From assembly GCA_036172245.1 (NCBI GenBank), contig JAYWIR010000009.1, forward strand, positions 3,348,001-3,412,000: a stretch of 64,000 nt of DNA. Reading direction: 5' to 3'. This document shows, piece by piece, positions 22,802 through 35,769 of this stretch (positions are counted from its first letter, which is position 1; each line of letters starts with the position of its first letter). The notes beneath the pieces were generated by a model. The model made no database searches. It had not been told where the DNA came from and worked only from the letters and a program-made list of their open reading frames with translations. The stretch is from Raillietiella orientalis (Eukaryota). Position numbers and translations under genes: made by a program.

Positions 22802-24797
22802 TCAGCAGGACTGGGTAGTGATGCACATCAATTTCTTGTGATTAGATAAATTACTCAGCTTGAACATATCAGCGGGTAAATCCATCTTTTTCCTCAGTGG
22901 GGATGAAAAGCTTGGTATTCTGGCATCCTACAAACATTAAAATAGACAAACAAACAAAACGGGCAACTACATGGATTGCGAACCGGTTCTGATACTGGTG
23001 TGCTGTGATCCGATGCAGATGGCACTGTATGGTAACATATGTCTCCTTGGCCGACGTGTACCGTTGAAGCCATGGTGACCAAGTCTGGCAAACTAAGTGC
23101 CTGCCTATTACGAGACGCTAGCTGATAAATACGATTCCACGCTTCCTCCCGTTTTTTGGTCAACTCTTCCTCTCTGCACAACTGAACCAACATCCAAAAA
23201 GCAGTGCACTCACCGTTGCCGTTGGGCCTCATACTGTTGTGTGCATTCATCAAAAAGTCTTTGATCCATCTCCATGAAGAGTTTGAGAGCATTGTAAATG
23301 AGTCCGTGGATGGTCTTGTTCCAGTGGGAATGGGAGGCAGCCAGCAGGGCAGGCAACAGCATAGGAACAATGACTGCTGCATTATCAGCCATCAGTGACA
23401 TGATGTACTCATTATTCCAATAATACAGAGAACGTTCAGCCACCTGGAAATGTGGGCTGGCAACTGAACGCGCTAGCTGCCGACACAGTGGCACCATCAC
23501 TTTCACAAACTCGGCCATTTCCATCACATCAAGGATTTCCTCCAGTTCATTCAAATACATCACCTGCAATGTGTATTTAGCTTGGGATTGCTTTGTGCCA
23601 GCTGCAGCTCACCTCCTTGGGACTGTGCATCTTGGGCCAGAATTTGAGAAGATTCAATACCACTGGCTCTGTTAAGCTGGCATCTTTTTCCAGAAATTGA
23701 ACCACACAGTATGCTAGCTGTGGATGGTACACAGATAATGATTTGACTTTGTGAAGAGGTAGTAAAACACGAAGCAAGAAAGTCTTGTGTTCTTGTTTGA
23801 GTGGAAGAGCAAAACCATTAATAATGCTGCCAAGGATCTCAAGCAGCTCTGCTACTCCATTATGCCTTTCAGTTTCATAAATGAACCTGTAGAATATGTG
23901 GCTGAGTTGCTTGCGGATGTATGCACGTAAAGGCAGAAGTTTCCCATATAAACGGTGCAGAATAGTTTTAAGGAAGTCACGCTCCCTTGGATCCTCGGAA
24001 TCAAATAAGTCTAACAGTTGCAACACAAACTGCTGGTCCAGGTATGGCTGCACTAGCTGCACATTTAGGTCAGGTGCTTCCAGGAAACGGAGAAACAACT
24101 CATAGATGAGTTGTAAATGAGGCCAAGCAGCTTCCAGGTTGGGTTCATCTTCTTCTGGATCAAATTCTGCTCCCGTGGGGTTGGATGATGGTGGCAACAC
24201 ACGGAACACATTGGCTGCAAACTGAGACCTTCCCTGCATGCTAGTTGATGATACCACTGGTAGCTCACCATCTTAGCCATTTCAGGGTACACTGACTCAG
24301 GAAGCAAACGATTCTTACTACCCATATATTCAATCATTTCAGCTAGAGTGGTACGCTTGATCTCTTTCCCTGTGAGATCACTCAAGGGATCGACAACAAA
24401 ATCAAAAGAGACACAGCATTGTCTTAGCTTCTGAATGAATAGGGATTCAAGCTCAGCTGGTGACGCTTCTAAAGTGAGAACAATACCAATAAAACACCAT
24501 GCTGATGACATTGGGGAGGAAAAGACAAGCAAAAAAGAAAAATGCATGCACTTGCATCTTTTTGGAGTTATAATCAAGTCTTATTATAGGCATTATGTTT
24601 TTGCACATTAGTAAAATGCAATTCCAGTTTTTACCCAGCAAACTCGGAATCCTCTGCAGTTCTGTTGCTTTTTCCGGAGATAACTCCGGGTCACAGATGT
24701 CATTTATTTGTTCTTTTCCAAAGGACTCGGGCACAGTAAAATCTCCAACGCCACCCACATTCCCCTGATCAGATGGCATTCCATCTTCCGTTTGCAT
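22802..24797 (-). CDS. PPP2R5: Serine/threonine protein phosphatase 2A B56 (B') regulatory subunit, gamma/delta-type
   Basis: Phase-consistent exons 24797-24635, 24468-24269, 24221-23613, 23563-23214, 23173-22984 and 22927-22802 with GT-AG introns. Hallmarks [50 protein letters not shown] and C-terminal LRKKMDLP (LRRKSELP-like). Confidence 0.96.
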
Positions 24798-25749
24798 CTA
24801 CCATAACGACAACAGCACATTTTCACACAAACTGCACAGTGGAAACTCACCATCTAAAGTGTCATAATGGAATGGATAAGTAAGCACAAAAAGTAGGGGA
24901 AAGCTCTCACCAAATCACAACCTCATTCTTGATCAATCTGAAAACAAACCAGGAAACTTTCAATACTTCCACAGATTTGCAAGAGCGTGTTTGAACTAAC
25001 GATTCAACGATTCGGACTTTCTACGGTGTTGTGAATATGGGCCAAACATGGGTGGGGGATTTCTGCTATTTACATAAGCAGTCACTTGCCATGTAAATCC
25101 CAAATCGAAAGCACATTTACGGTTAACGAAAAAAAAAGAAAAAAAAGAAAAAAAAAAAAAAGGTAAAAAAGATCGGCGGCGTTCGCACGAAACTGGTGGC
25201 CACTTTTGGTGCTGAGGGCTAATCGGTAATCAAGGCAAGGCACGTATGATCTGGCTGCAAAATTTTACTATGGATACAACAACACGAACACTACAACAGG
25301 CGTCGGTGCTTTCATGGCACAAACGTGTGCTCGACGGCTCGCTCCTGCCCGAGAACCAAAACGAACCCGTCGCGGATCCTGAGGAAAGGAGAAGGGGGGG
25401 GAGAAAAGAAGAAGAAAAAAAAAAAAATCACACGACACCCCCAGCAGGAGAGGGGGGAGGGGGGCTGGCACGTGGGGGTCAGGTGCTGCTGCTGCTGCTG
25501 CTGTTCGAAGGGCCGGAATAGGGGCGGGGGTGGAGGGCCCGCTCTGCCTGGCCACCCAGGACCCTGCACGTTCGAAAGGAATGCCCGCGCGGAACTCCTC
25601 CCGATGGGGAGCTGCAGCAGCACATGGGAAAAAAGCAACTTTCTGCCACTTTCCTCCTCCTCCTCCGCGTACGGAACCGCCGTCGTCGTTTCCAACCCAC
25701 TTTCACTGCCCTCTCAACTGTGTTCCTCCTCCCTCCTTTCCTTTCTGCG

Positions 25750-25945
25750 AGTGTGTGTGTGTGTGTGTGTGTGCCTGTGTGGCTTCTGGATCATCGGCAC
25801 CCGACAACGTGTTCACCCTTCTGCTATCTGTAACGCGACGAACTAACTTAATGGACGCACACACCGCCGAGCGGTTTTCAATTACCTTCCTTTTTTTTTC
25901 TCTCTCTCTCTCTCTTTTTTTTTTTCCTTTTTTTTTTTTTTTTGC
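25750..25945. repeat. (GT)n microsatellite and CT/poly-T low-complexity tracts upstream of the B56 gene
   Basis: gtgtgtgt run at about 25751-25773; ct and t runs at about 25890-25942. Confidence 0.8.
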
Positions 25946-26704
25946 TTTCTTGGAACCCCGGATCACTTATCAGACGTGCAAGAGTACGATTTGCCCAGGT
26001 CGGCTTGCCAGAGACTTGCTGGACCCCACCGCGGTGGTGGTGGTGGCACCCTTTCACGAGAGGGTCTCTTCCGCCGGCGCCCTCTCCGTGCGCATGCAGG
26101 CCGCTGCTTCCAAGGAGTTGGTCCATTAATCTTGCTGGAAGACGTCGAGCCCCCCCCCCCTGCTCAAGTGGTGTTCACGGTGGGGAAGAATTCGGTTTGA
26201 TACACACCAGTTTTCTTTCTTTTTTTTTTTTTCTTTTCTTTTTTCTTCCCCCCCCCCCGTCGGAACGTTCCCTTTTTTTTTTTCCCTACTCCCATCCACG
26301 GAAATGGGCACAGGTTTTTATGCGTTCAAAATGCACAGCAGAGGATGCATAAAGCTGCCTAAATGCAAGTGGACCACTACGTACAGAACGGGTTGAAGCA
26401 ATTCGTGTTCTCTACACGTCGCATTTTCTTTCTTTCTTTCCTTCTTTTTTTTTTTTTTTTTTAATCTTAGACATGTCCACGATTTGATAAGACACACACT
26501 GAGAAGATAAACTTGGATTATCGTTCTTTTTAAAACGATCGAATGGAAGATGTTGCAAGAACGCACGAGTGCATGTCATTTCAAGCTTTATGATGAAGAA
26601 ACAGATGGCTTTAAAATTCCCAAGCTGAAAATGTGAAAAGACGTCTCGTGAAAAGGATGTTAAGGTTGGTTACTTGTGGAATGGTTGGGAACGAAATGCT
26701 TTAT

Positions 26705-27640
26705 CACCCGAGTGCACCGGGACGTTTATCATAAAAATAAACATACAAAGTGTGGGGCCATCGGCCCTACAAGGTCCTAGAGAGTTCGCAACCTGCCGAG
26801 TAACCGGCACGCAGGCCAGCGAGGTTCGCCTCGTCAGCGCAGGGAGAGGGGGACAGACAAATAAGAAAATCAAAAGCATCATTTACACGCAAAAAAGTGG
26901 GAGGCTTAGGGAAGGGATCACTATCCGCTCGAGGGAGTCCTCTGCATCCTTTCCAGGCAATTTCCATCCAGATGGGGTCATCTTGCTGCCGTCCTCAGGA
27001 AGCGCGGGGAGAAGGGCAGATGGGCGCCGTCCTCCTCTCGCGTGGCTCCAGACCGCCACAATCCCACGTAGGCAGAGGCAAAGAGCTGCTGCGGCAGGCA
27101 AAAGGGCTTCGCGCACGAAGAGACGCTTGAACACGTCGGTGCACCCCAAGGGCCGTTGCGTAACGCAACCGCAGGGGCCGGAGGGCAACACAGTCTACGA
27201 GAAGGGGCGGGAGTTGGGAATTCCCGTTCCCCGCACCCGCAGCAGCCCGGGTCCAGTGGGACCGGCGGGAGTTGCACGGGAGACCCCAGTGCAACAGCAG
27301 AAGTGCCAACTCCTACCAGTTCAGGGGGAGGGCCCGTTTGTTCTTCAGCTCTGGGGGGGGGGGAGGGGGCGCTCGAGGTCTTCCTGCGGGATTCCCAGCA
27401 GCTCGCCCCAACGCAACAGTCCCTTCGGTGGGGCACTTGGGGTCGCGGAGTTTGTCAGCTGGCCCGTGGGCCAACCACCTAACTCCTTCGGTGTTCCACC
27501 GATCTCGCAACGGACCACCCATTTGGCCGGCTGGCTGGTGCTCCCAGGTGATCCCCGTGGGAAGGCAGTGCCGCGGCTAGGGAGGTTCTATCAGCCCACG
27601 CACGCGAAGCGGTGGAGGAAGAACATGGTGGTACGTAAAG
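26705..27640 (-). mobile_element. 5'-truncated L1/Tx1-type retrotransposon 3' end, copy B
   Basis: LLLLHWGLPCNSRRSHWTR and C..C..H zinc-binding region homologous to copy D. Terminal GATAAA+CGTCCCGGTGCACTCGGGTG. Confidence 0.8.
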
Positions 27641-27799
27641 AGAACACAAGGTTCCAGAAACACTGAACAGAGCTCTTCCGGAGATCGACATACATACATA
27701 GCTTATTTCTACACCTCTAAGAATAATGAAGATTGTTCTAGTAGGTATTGCTGATTGCGGCGTCTGGGAGAAAAGTAATAAGAGCTCGGGGAAATCATG

Positions 27800-29320
27800 C
27801 TGAAACAGCGGAATGGAAACCCAGCTGATGGCTCAAGCAAGTGAGATCCTTCCGGGGTGCCATCCTGCTGGACCCACTGGAAGCCAGGAAAAAGTATCTA
27901 TCCGAGTAAGTACGAAGGATAAAATGGAAAGCCAAGCACAGAAGAGTCCGCTCGGACTGAGCTCCAGCTTTTCATCGTTTGAAGAATCTGTTTCCTCTGC
28001 ATCGTACTAGGATGAGGATGCATCCATTTCCAAGACCACGCTAGAATTCTTCGATGCCCACGTGTCCAGGAATGCACGCCCCTCGAAGAACACAAAAAAT
28101 ACATTAACACTGTAATGTGAACGAAAAAAATCGCACCCATGTGAAATGGAGTAAGAAAGATAAAACTGAAAGTGTTTCACTTCTTGAATTGGATAATAAA
28201 GGCGAGCGAAATTCAACATTCGGGCACTTTACGAACCACCAGATGTTCCAAGTGCGACGTGAAAAGGAAGTCGAAGCCTTGAAGAGATCGCCGTCTGCCG
28301 TGCCTTTCGAGGAAGAGATGCAATAGCCAGTGGTTCCAAGTAGGGCAACGGCATTTCCCGGCTTCGTAGGCAAAATGCAGCTCGCACAGCTTGTTGACAG
28401 AGCATCTGTGCGAAGGGCACACGCAAGTGTACTTGAGTTTGCGTTGTACAGGCTGGCAAGTAGAGATCTCAAGGGGAAAAGGAATAACAAAAGGAAATGC
28501 GTTTGCCGGTTACCAGGGAGTGATCTGCATGCTGAGGTCCTGTGAAGCCCGCAGGAGAGCTCTGATTGCCATGCAGATGACGCAGCAGCCGTGCTCGCGG
28601 TCACCTACCTCAATCCTTTCCTAAATTGGGGCTAAGAATCCGATCGGCTGTTCTGCCCACGATGGCCGAGATGGGTTGGTTGGTCGTGCGCAGGACGGAC
28701 GAAACTTTGCATTCTGTTTTCCTCGAGTCGAACCCTCGAAGACCCTTCGGTAGAACCCACTGCAGCGAAAGCACAACGGGACCCTTCTTTTGGGCTCACG
28801 GATCACGAAAAGGGTTCCGTGACCTGGAGGGAGGAACTGAGATTTCCCTTTTGCTTGCGCTCGGTCGTTCTTGCATGGGTTCGGAAGAACCGAATCCGTG
28901 GATTACCACCGAAAAACAGGAGGTCAAGCGCACAGGTTGCTTGCCAGCTAGCCCTTCGGGAAAATGGACATCAAGAGTTGATCCGCAGGGGAGGAAGGAG
29001 ACAAACACCACGTTTCCCGGGACTGGAGCGAAAACAGGGAGCAGCTGCAAGTGAAGCGCTGCGATCCATCAAGTGGTTTGGACACGTGACGGCTGCGAGG
29101 AAGACGGAGAGGAAGCGAACGTGGACCATCAAGGCAGAATCGGGATCTCTTCATCGAAAGCACGCCCGGGGCTGCGGCAAGGTGGACGATCCCGGGGAAA
29201 GCAAAAGTCCCGGCGTTGGATGCTGCCTTTTGCACGGCTTCACCTGCCGCGAGGAAACGGACCGCGGGAAGACGGACAATTTGATCAGCAACGCGCACGC
29301 ATGCAACCGCAAAACCGGGA
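27800..29320 (+). mobile_element. Second decayed hAT transposase remnant
   Basis: Ordered degenerate motifs DEDASI (TDNAAN), FDAHV (CxAHxL), LKRSPSA..EEMQ (FKxS), AKCSSHSLLTEHLCE (TRWNST..MLERLLE), YLNPF, SAVLP and a dimerisation-like W..SL..HAR segment. Frequent stops. Confidence 0.4.
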
Positions 29321-31199
29321 GCACTCGCAAAAAGAAAGGGAGGACAAAAAGGGGAACGGAGTTTCGTTAGCGGGGTTTATTGCAGTGTGATCTGTGTGCT
29401 CCGCGGCAACAAGATGGCGTCCATTTTTCATACTCGCGTGCACGCCTCGCGCACCTCAACCACCGGAGCGCGCCCGTGCGTCCGCCGAAACCGAGTGGTT
29501 TGGGAACGCCGAGGCAGAAGCGAGGAGACGCAGACACGAGGAAACAGCAGCAGCAGCAGCAGCACCGCTCGGGGATGACTCCTGGAGCGGCGCGTTCTCT
29601 CGTTTCAAGGTCACGCCGGAAGTCGGACACGGGCAGCACGTCCCGGAAGACCTTGCTCGCGTCGGCCGAGGCAAAAGGTGCGCTGCACGTTTCGTGTGTG
29701 TGTGTGAGTGTTGAAAGCTGCCCGGTTCGGTGCGTGCGTGCGTGTGTTTTCCTCCTCCTCCACCTCTCCCCGCTCCCGTTGCGTCCGGGACCTCGTTATT
29801 TTCCGGACCAAGATGGGAGGGGCGCACCGTGGAAGTACGGGAGATCGAGACTGCATTGCACAAGTGGAGGACCACGAAGGGTGGCCACGCACCGAAGCCA
29901 GGCAACGGAACGGAGCGTGCGCGGACGAGGCTGTTTGCCATGGGGGATGGATGGGCTCCGAAGGCTCGCAGAAGAAGAGGGCGCGTCTTCGCCACCCGGC
30001 GGTGGCCGCCCGCGCTGCCACCTGCGTGTGGGGCTCGCCCAACGTCGTCTCCGAGCCGCGTCGCGGCCGTGAGGTCGGGCTGGGAATCTTTCGGATGGGC
30101 CGTCAGCGCGGAGTGGCGAGAACGAGCCCTTCGCTGACTTCCATTACGTGACCCGGGTTTCACCCAAGCGCGCGTGCGATTTGGGAGTCCGCGTCCAGCC
30201 TTGCCTTGTGGCTCGCATTTGAAATGGAAATCCCACCCTGACGGGATCCATCTGTCCGTTCCACTCCACACAACCTGGTGCAGCGGACTGACTCGGGGTG
30301 GCACGGCCAAAGTACCACCAACCCACCCACCCACCCAAAAAAAAAAAAATAAAATAAAAATACTCCTCATAAGTGACCTTTTAAGGAGCGTTGTAACGTA
30401 GTGTAGTGCAACGAGTAACGCGTAACTGGATTCGTAACTAGATTTGAAGGAAGACGGACTTCAAGGTACAAGAAATCAATGGAAATTGCTTATGCGTGGG
30501 GCATTTGGTAATCTTGGAGCAACCTGTTTTGTTTTTTGGTTTTTTCTTTTAACGGAAACCAATTTCCCGCTTGCCATTCTAAAAGTCACCAGAAGAAAAG
30601 TGCGACGAAACCGGAAAAAGGAGGGGGGGGGGGGCAGAAAAAAAGCAGCAGCAAAGTGCGTGGAACTGTGAAAGATAGTAGGAGATTGTGTTCAGCAGAG
30701 TTGCCAAGTCGTTCCGGCGACTAACAGCGTGAAGTTCATTCTAGGCGACGAAGCTGGACAGATCGAAGAGAAAGTGCGTATATGCTTTATTCCCTTGAGG
30801 ACAAGAAAAAAAAAAAAAAAAAAAAAAGAAGCAACCCTCAGTCTTCCGTGTCCAGAAGATGAACCTTTGAATCCAACTGCACGGAAACATCAAAGAAGCG
30901 TGGACTTCCTGTCTCGTTCCGGTGTGACTGTGAGTTGGAAGCATCCAATCATGGACCATCACCTTCCTGTCCAGGGAGGGGGGAGGCCGAGCTCCCTGAA
31001 GGCAGGCCGAAAGGGAAGTTCACTCCTCTGCTGCTTCAGGTGTTGGTGACTTCGAGAAAGAAACAGCCCTGCAGTGGTAGGGATGCCATGGGAACACTGA
31101 TTCGTTTTTGCTGCTTTCCAAGTCCTTCCATTTTTTTTCTTTTTTTGTTTTTGACGGAAACAACTTGCCGCTTGCTTGACCCCGCTAGGGAGGTCGGAG

Positions 31200-33000
31200 T
31201 CACTCCGTCTCCTACTCGGAGTGCTCGCAAGGTCCTCTTCCACTTCCCGCTTCCGACGGAAGTACGCGCGTGAAGCGGGGAGGGAAGGAGTTGGATGGAC
31301 GACGACCACTGCTGCCGCTAGCCAACGAAGCATCCAGCCACGGGAGCGAGCCCGCGCGCCATCTCGCGGCGGGACTCTGAACCCGTGCCGCGTCCAGCTC
31401 GGCGTGGATCCTCCACGCGAGGTGCTGCTGCTGTTGCTGCTGCGCGCGCAGCGCGGCCGCGGAGGGCTGCCAGAGCAGGCAAACGGTGCGGAGAATCTCC
31501 CCTCCCTCCCTCTCTCGCGGTGCCCGTTCCACGCGGCGCTGCCTGAGACGGAGCCAATCGGGCGAGGCTGCGCCTTTCCCGACTCGCTCGCCCCCTCCTT
31601 CGGTTTCTGCCCCGCGCAAGTTCCTCGACGGCCCGGAGCCCGAAGGGGAGTGACCTCGTGGGGCGCAGTCTGCGGTGCGAGCCGGCGCATCCCGTCGGTC
31701 GGACTTCCTGGAAGGAGACTCAGAGCCGACTGGCGTCCCGACTTCGAGTTTCTCGGGACCGCACGCTCGGATCTGGCGTCGGGAGCGTCGCGTCCTCCGT
31801 GGCACCATTCCCAGGGATCTTCTTTGACGGGGCGCGGCTCTCGCCTTGTCGCCGGCGGCCTGCGGCGCCAAAGCCGCCCCGCGAGGCTCGTCGCCAAGGG
31901 GACGACGACGGCGGGCGGCCTTGGCTGGCGTCGCGTAGGGCGGCTCGGTCGCGTGGGCTCCTCGCTTAGGTCGAAACCCCCGATTCGAGGGCCCCGCGGC
32001 AGGAAACGGCGCTGCCGGGTCGAAGGGGAGGGAAGGGAGGGGCGTGAAAGGTTCTCGGCCTGCGGCACCTCCGGGGCGCGCGCGGCGTCCCGTGACATGA
32101 TCATCCCATCGGTTCCGGATGCATCATGCCGGGTGACCTTCGTCCCCCCCCCCTTTTCCTTCCATGCCCGAAAGCAAGCTGTGCTTCCCTCGTTTCTCCC
32201 GCGCAACCTTGCCCCGAGGCTGTTTCTTGCGAGCTGCTTCGGGAAATTTCCCGCCCGCCTGCGCCTTCGTAGAGACGGCGGCTCTGTGGGCTTCGCGCCG
32301 CCGTCCTCTTCGTGCTTGCCCTCGGGCGCTGACCTCCTGGCTTGGACAGCGGGTGTGCATCGTGCAGATCGAGGCTGTGCGCTTCCGGTGCCCGGGTCGC
32401 GCTCCCGCGCCGCGTCCGACGCAGCGCGTGACTCCCCTGTGCGCGCAGGAAGTGACCAAGGCCTCGCCGTCTGCTTGGTCCCGGGCCATATCTGCCCTCC
32501 GGGGGTCTGCCGCCGCGGGGGCCGCAGGTTCGTGCAGCTCCGCTTCTGCAGTCCGGCGCCCCGGAGTGAGTCGCTTCAGGGTGTGGCTCCGTCTAACCCG
32601 GGCGCTCTGCCAGCCTAGCCCCTGGCGTGCGCGCGCACCGACCTCTCCTTCGCGTCAGCGCATCTCCGGCTGCCGCCAGCGGTCCCTCTGCACCCATCTC
32701 TTTCGCTTCCGGAATGTTCCGCGCACGGCTCCGGAATGTACGGGACGTACATCCCAGTGGGCGTACGGTGTCCGCCGCCCTCATGGAGCCAAGAACGCGC
32801 CAGCGCGGGGAGCTCGAGAAGCCGAGGGTTTCTCGTGGTGCCATGTGCGAAGGTGCGTCAGCCCGCCCGGACCCTCGTGGGCGCCACGACCTGACGGACC
32901 CGGCGTCCCGGAGGAAACCTCCTCAGGGCGTCCAGGAATCCATGGGCAGGAACCACCGCCGCTAGGCCGAAGGAACCGAAGGTCCCGGCGGCCAGGCGAC
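31200..33000. mobile_element. GC/CpG-rich degraded repeat, probably 5'/ORF1-side debris of the non-LTR family
   Basis: Short similarities to 38430-38560 and, inverted, to about 41230. No recognisable protein; overlapping low-complexity R/P/G-rich ORFs on both strands. Confidence 0.3.
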
Positions 33001-33442
33001 AGGCGGGAGCGGGGCTATCCAAGGGCGCGGAATTCCTCCTCCCCCCAGGTTAGACCCTGCCCGCGCGACTTCCGCTTCCGTCAACCAGCGCGCCTCGTCG
33101 GTCGCGAGCTGCCCGCGAGACTGTACGATTCTGGACGTCTCGAGATGGAGGGGCGGGTCGGCACGCAGAGTGGCCGCCGTCGCTCCTGTCATTTTTCGGA
33201 ATTTCACTTCCCCCCCCGCTCCCCGCGTGTCCGCACGCGCGTGATTGCTGTTGCCGCGAAGGACGTGAAAAGACTCCTCCCGCCCGTCGCCTCGGCTGCG
33301 GCCTTCCAACCCCCTCCTTCCCCTCTCCCCCCTCCCCTCCTCCCGTTAACGAGACGATCCTTGCGCGCGCTCAAACGTGCTCTGCGGCCGCCTACTCGGC
33401 TACTGGACCACTGGGCCGTTTGTTGAAAATCAATAAAAGGGA

Positions 33443-33856
33443 AAACGCCGTCGGAGACGGACGTGTGGCGACCCGCACCCTGCGGGGACGGCCCTCGGGG
33501 GGGTCAGAAACAGGGACGAGTGAAGGGAGAGAGGGAGAGCAGATAAAAAAACAAGCAGATGGAGAGAGGGACGCATCCTCCCCGCGGCATTCGGCATGCT
33601 TCCCGGTGCTGGGCGAAGAGGCCGCAGCAGCCGCAAGACCGCCAGCGCGGGCAAGTCGGCCCCTTTCATTCCCGCCCCATCCAGTGCGGACCCTCAGGAA
33701 CGACGCCGAATTCCGCAGGACTGATCCGTCCCTCTCCCCATTTGCTTGTTTGTCTATCTGCTCTCCCTCCCTTCTTCCTGCTCGTCCCCGGTTCTGCCTC
33801 CCTACGGACCGTCCCCGAGGGCTCGGATCGCCGCATGTCGGTCTCCGTCAGCATTT
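33443..33856. repeat. Long imperfect inverted repeat (fold-back), arms of about 165 bp
   Basis: 33443-33605 matches the reverse complement of 33693-33856, e.g. gagggagagcagataaaaaaacaagcagatggagagagggacgcatc vs gagggagagcagatagacaaacaagcaaatggggagagggacggatc. Confidence 0.85.
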
Positions 33857-34071
33857 GGGAGAACCGAATCGTGGGTCCATGGTCCAGCGACCTAGTTGTT
33901 TCTTCCTGTCCTCAATCTTCCAGGAAGTCTTCCAGCCCGCCGGTAGGGCGGGTTCGAATTCCGCCCCAGGGGGGGAGCGCCGACGCCGAGAAACGGATGC
34001 CTTCGTCGTGGGTTTCGAGTTACTCCCGCAAGGTGATTCTGGTTGGCCTCTTCGGATACGGCACGGGTTGG

Positions 34072-34700
34072 CACCTGGTCACTCCTGGACATTTATTTAT
34101 AAAATAAACATACATGTCTGTGGCAGGACGTTCGATCCTGCCACGTTACTTATAAATACGGGAAGGAACCTTCCGAGAACTGACACTCAGGCCAGTGATG
34201 TCTCCTCAGCAGCACAGGGCAGGGGAAAACAAACAAAAAGAAAAAGATAAAACGAAAAACATAAGTCAAAAATATGGGGGGGTTCCGGAAGGGATCACTG
34301 TGTGTTGGAGGGCGTCCTCTGCATCCTTGTAAGGATGGCGGCAGGTTCCTGTTTTATGGGGCCACCCAGATGGGGCCACCTTGACGCTGTCCTCATGAAC
34401 ATCAGAATGAACATGAAAATACATGGCATCCCTGTCGTCGTGGCCTCCTCTGGCGTTGCTCCATGCAGCCACGGTCCTGCCACGTGGGAAGCACAGTGCT
34501 GCTGGAGATGCGGCCGGCGTGAGGGGGTCGCGCAGGAAGAGGCGCTTTCAAACGTCTCTGGCGTTGCCGCCGGGGGTTCCAAGGGTTGAGGCAAAGCGTC
34601 CCCAAAGGGGCCAGAGGGCAACACAGTCCACTAGGAGGTGCGAGAGGGATTCCCGCTTCCCGCACCTGGCACAGTTTGCATCCACACCCCCTCTAGTGGA
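34072..34700 (-). mobile_element. 5'-truncated L1/Tx1-type 3' end, copy C (more diverged)
   Basis: Homologous to the ORF2 end and 3' UTR of copies A, B and D. Terminal AATAAA+TGTCCAGGAGTGACCAGGTG. Confidence 0.75.
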
Positions 34701-35769
34701 AACCGGTAACCTCCGGATGCCCTCGTTGACTGACTCACTTCCGGGATTGGGATTCGACCCCCGGAGTCCCTCTAGGGATCAAGGAGTCCGTTCCCTTCGG
34801 TGTTGCCCTCTGGTGTGGAAAGGGAGCCGTCCCGTCCCCTCAGTCTGGAGCTTCCATAGCGCACCATGGAGCTGGTTGATATCCCCCTCGGGAGAGCCGC
34901 TCCTCCAGAGAATCAGGAGCGCATTCGGAAACGCCCCTTGGGGATTCTCTTCGAAGGAGGGAGAAAAGAGGAGCGGCTCCTTTGCGGAGGTCTCTTTGCA
35001 GAAAAAATTTGACGAGCGCATCTTTCCGGGTTCCCTCCGGACAAGAGACAAGGAGCAGCTCCTTCCAGGGAGCTCCTCCGGAGGGAACAAGGAAGAGGTT
35101 CCCTCAGGGGTCCCTTTGGAGACGACTAGGGCGTGGACTATCTCCGGGACTGCCCCCCAAGAGTCAGAGAAGAACGGGCTCTTCCTCCAGGGTCTTCCTG
35201 GATTCACAGGACGGTCTCTCCGGGGTTATCCCCTGTCCTGAAGAGTCATGTGCACCACCGGGTGGCATGGACAGAGTCCAAAGCCGGAAGAAAAGCAGCG
35301 GAAGAACCCCGAACGACGGCCTTGCCGGCGTTCCCTAGCGTCTCCGACCGGGCCTCTTGGTCTTCCTTCGCGCCTCAGTCTTGGCGACCGCGCATGGCCC
35401 TCCTCCCGGCGGCGACGGGGAGAGGGAGCAAGGCCCGAGTGCTCCAGACCACGGCTGTCCGAAGTCTGAGGGGGGTCTCCGGCGAGATGCTAGAGTGATG
35501 TGAAGCTGCGCTTCCGGAGCGTCCCTCGCGTTGCTTGGCAGCAAGAGCCGGGCCAGGTCCGCGGCCCGGAGCTGCGCTTCGGGTAGCCCGCAGGGCGAGA
35601 CGAAGCGGCGGAAATTCCCCTGGAGGGCCCGATGCAGCCCGTGGCGCTCCCGCACCGTCCCCCCGACTCCCCTTCTCAAGCGGGCGGGAGTCGGATCTTC
35701 CGCCGCTGCACCGGAGCCCCCCGTGCGACGCTCCCCCCTCCCGCATCTGCCCGCGAATCGTGCTGCTGT

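Noticed and set aside
26760..26850. CTGACGAG / GCCGATGA motifs in LINE 3' UTRs as possible hammerhead ribozyme cores
   Set aside because: No GAAA after a stem II and the CUGANGA core is not conserved among copies.
30959..33426. Long ORFs of 415, 480 and 420 aa
   Set aside because: R/P/G/A-rich, overlapping on both strands in very GC-rich repeat debris, with no domain motifs; expected by chance.
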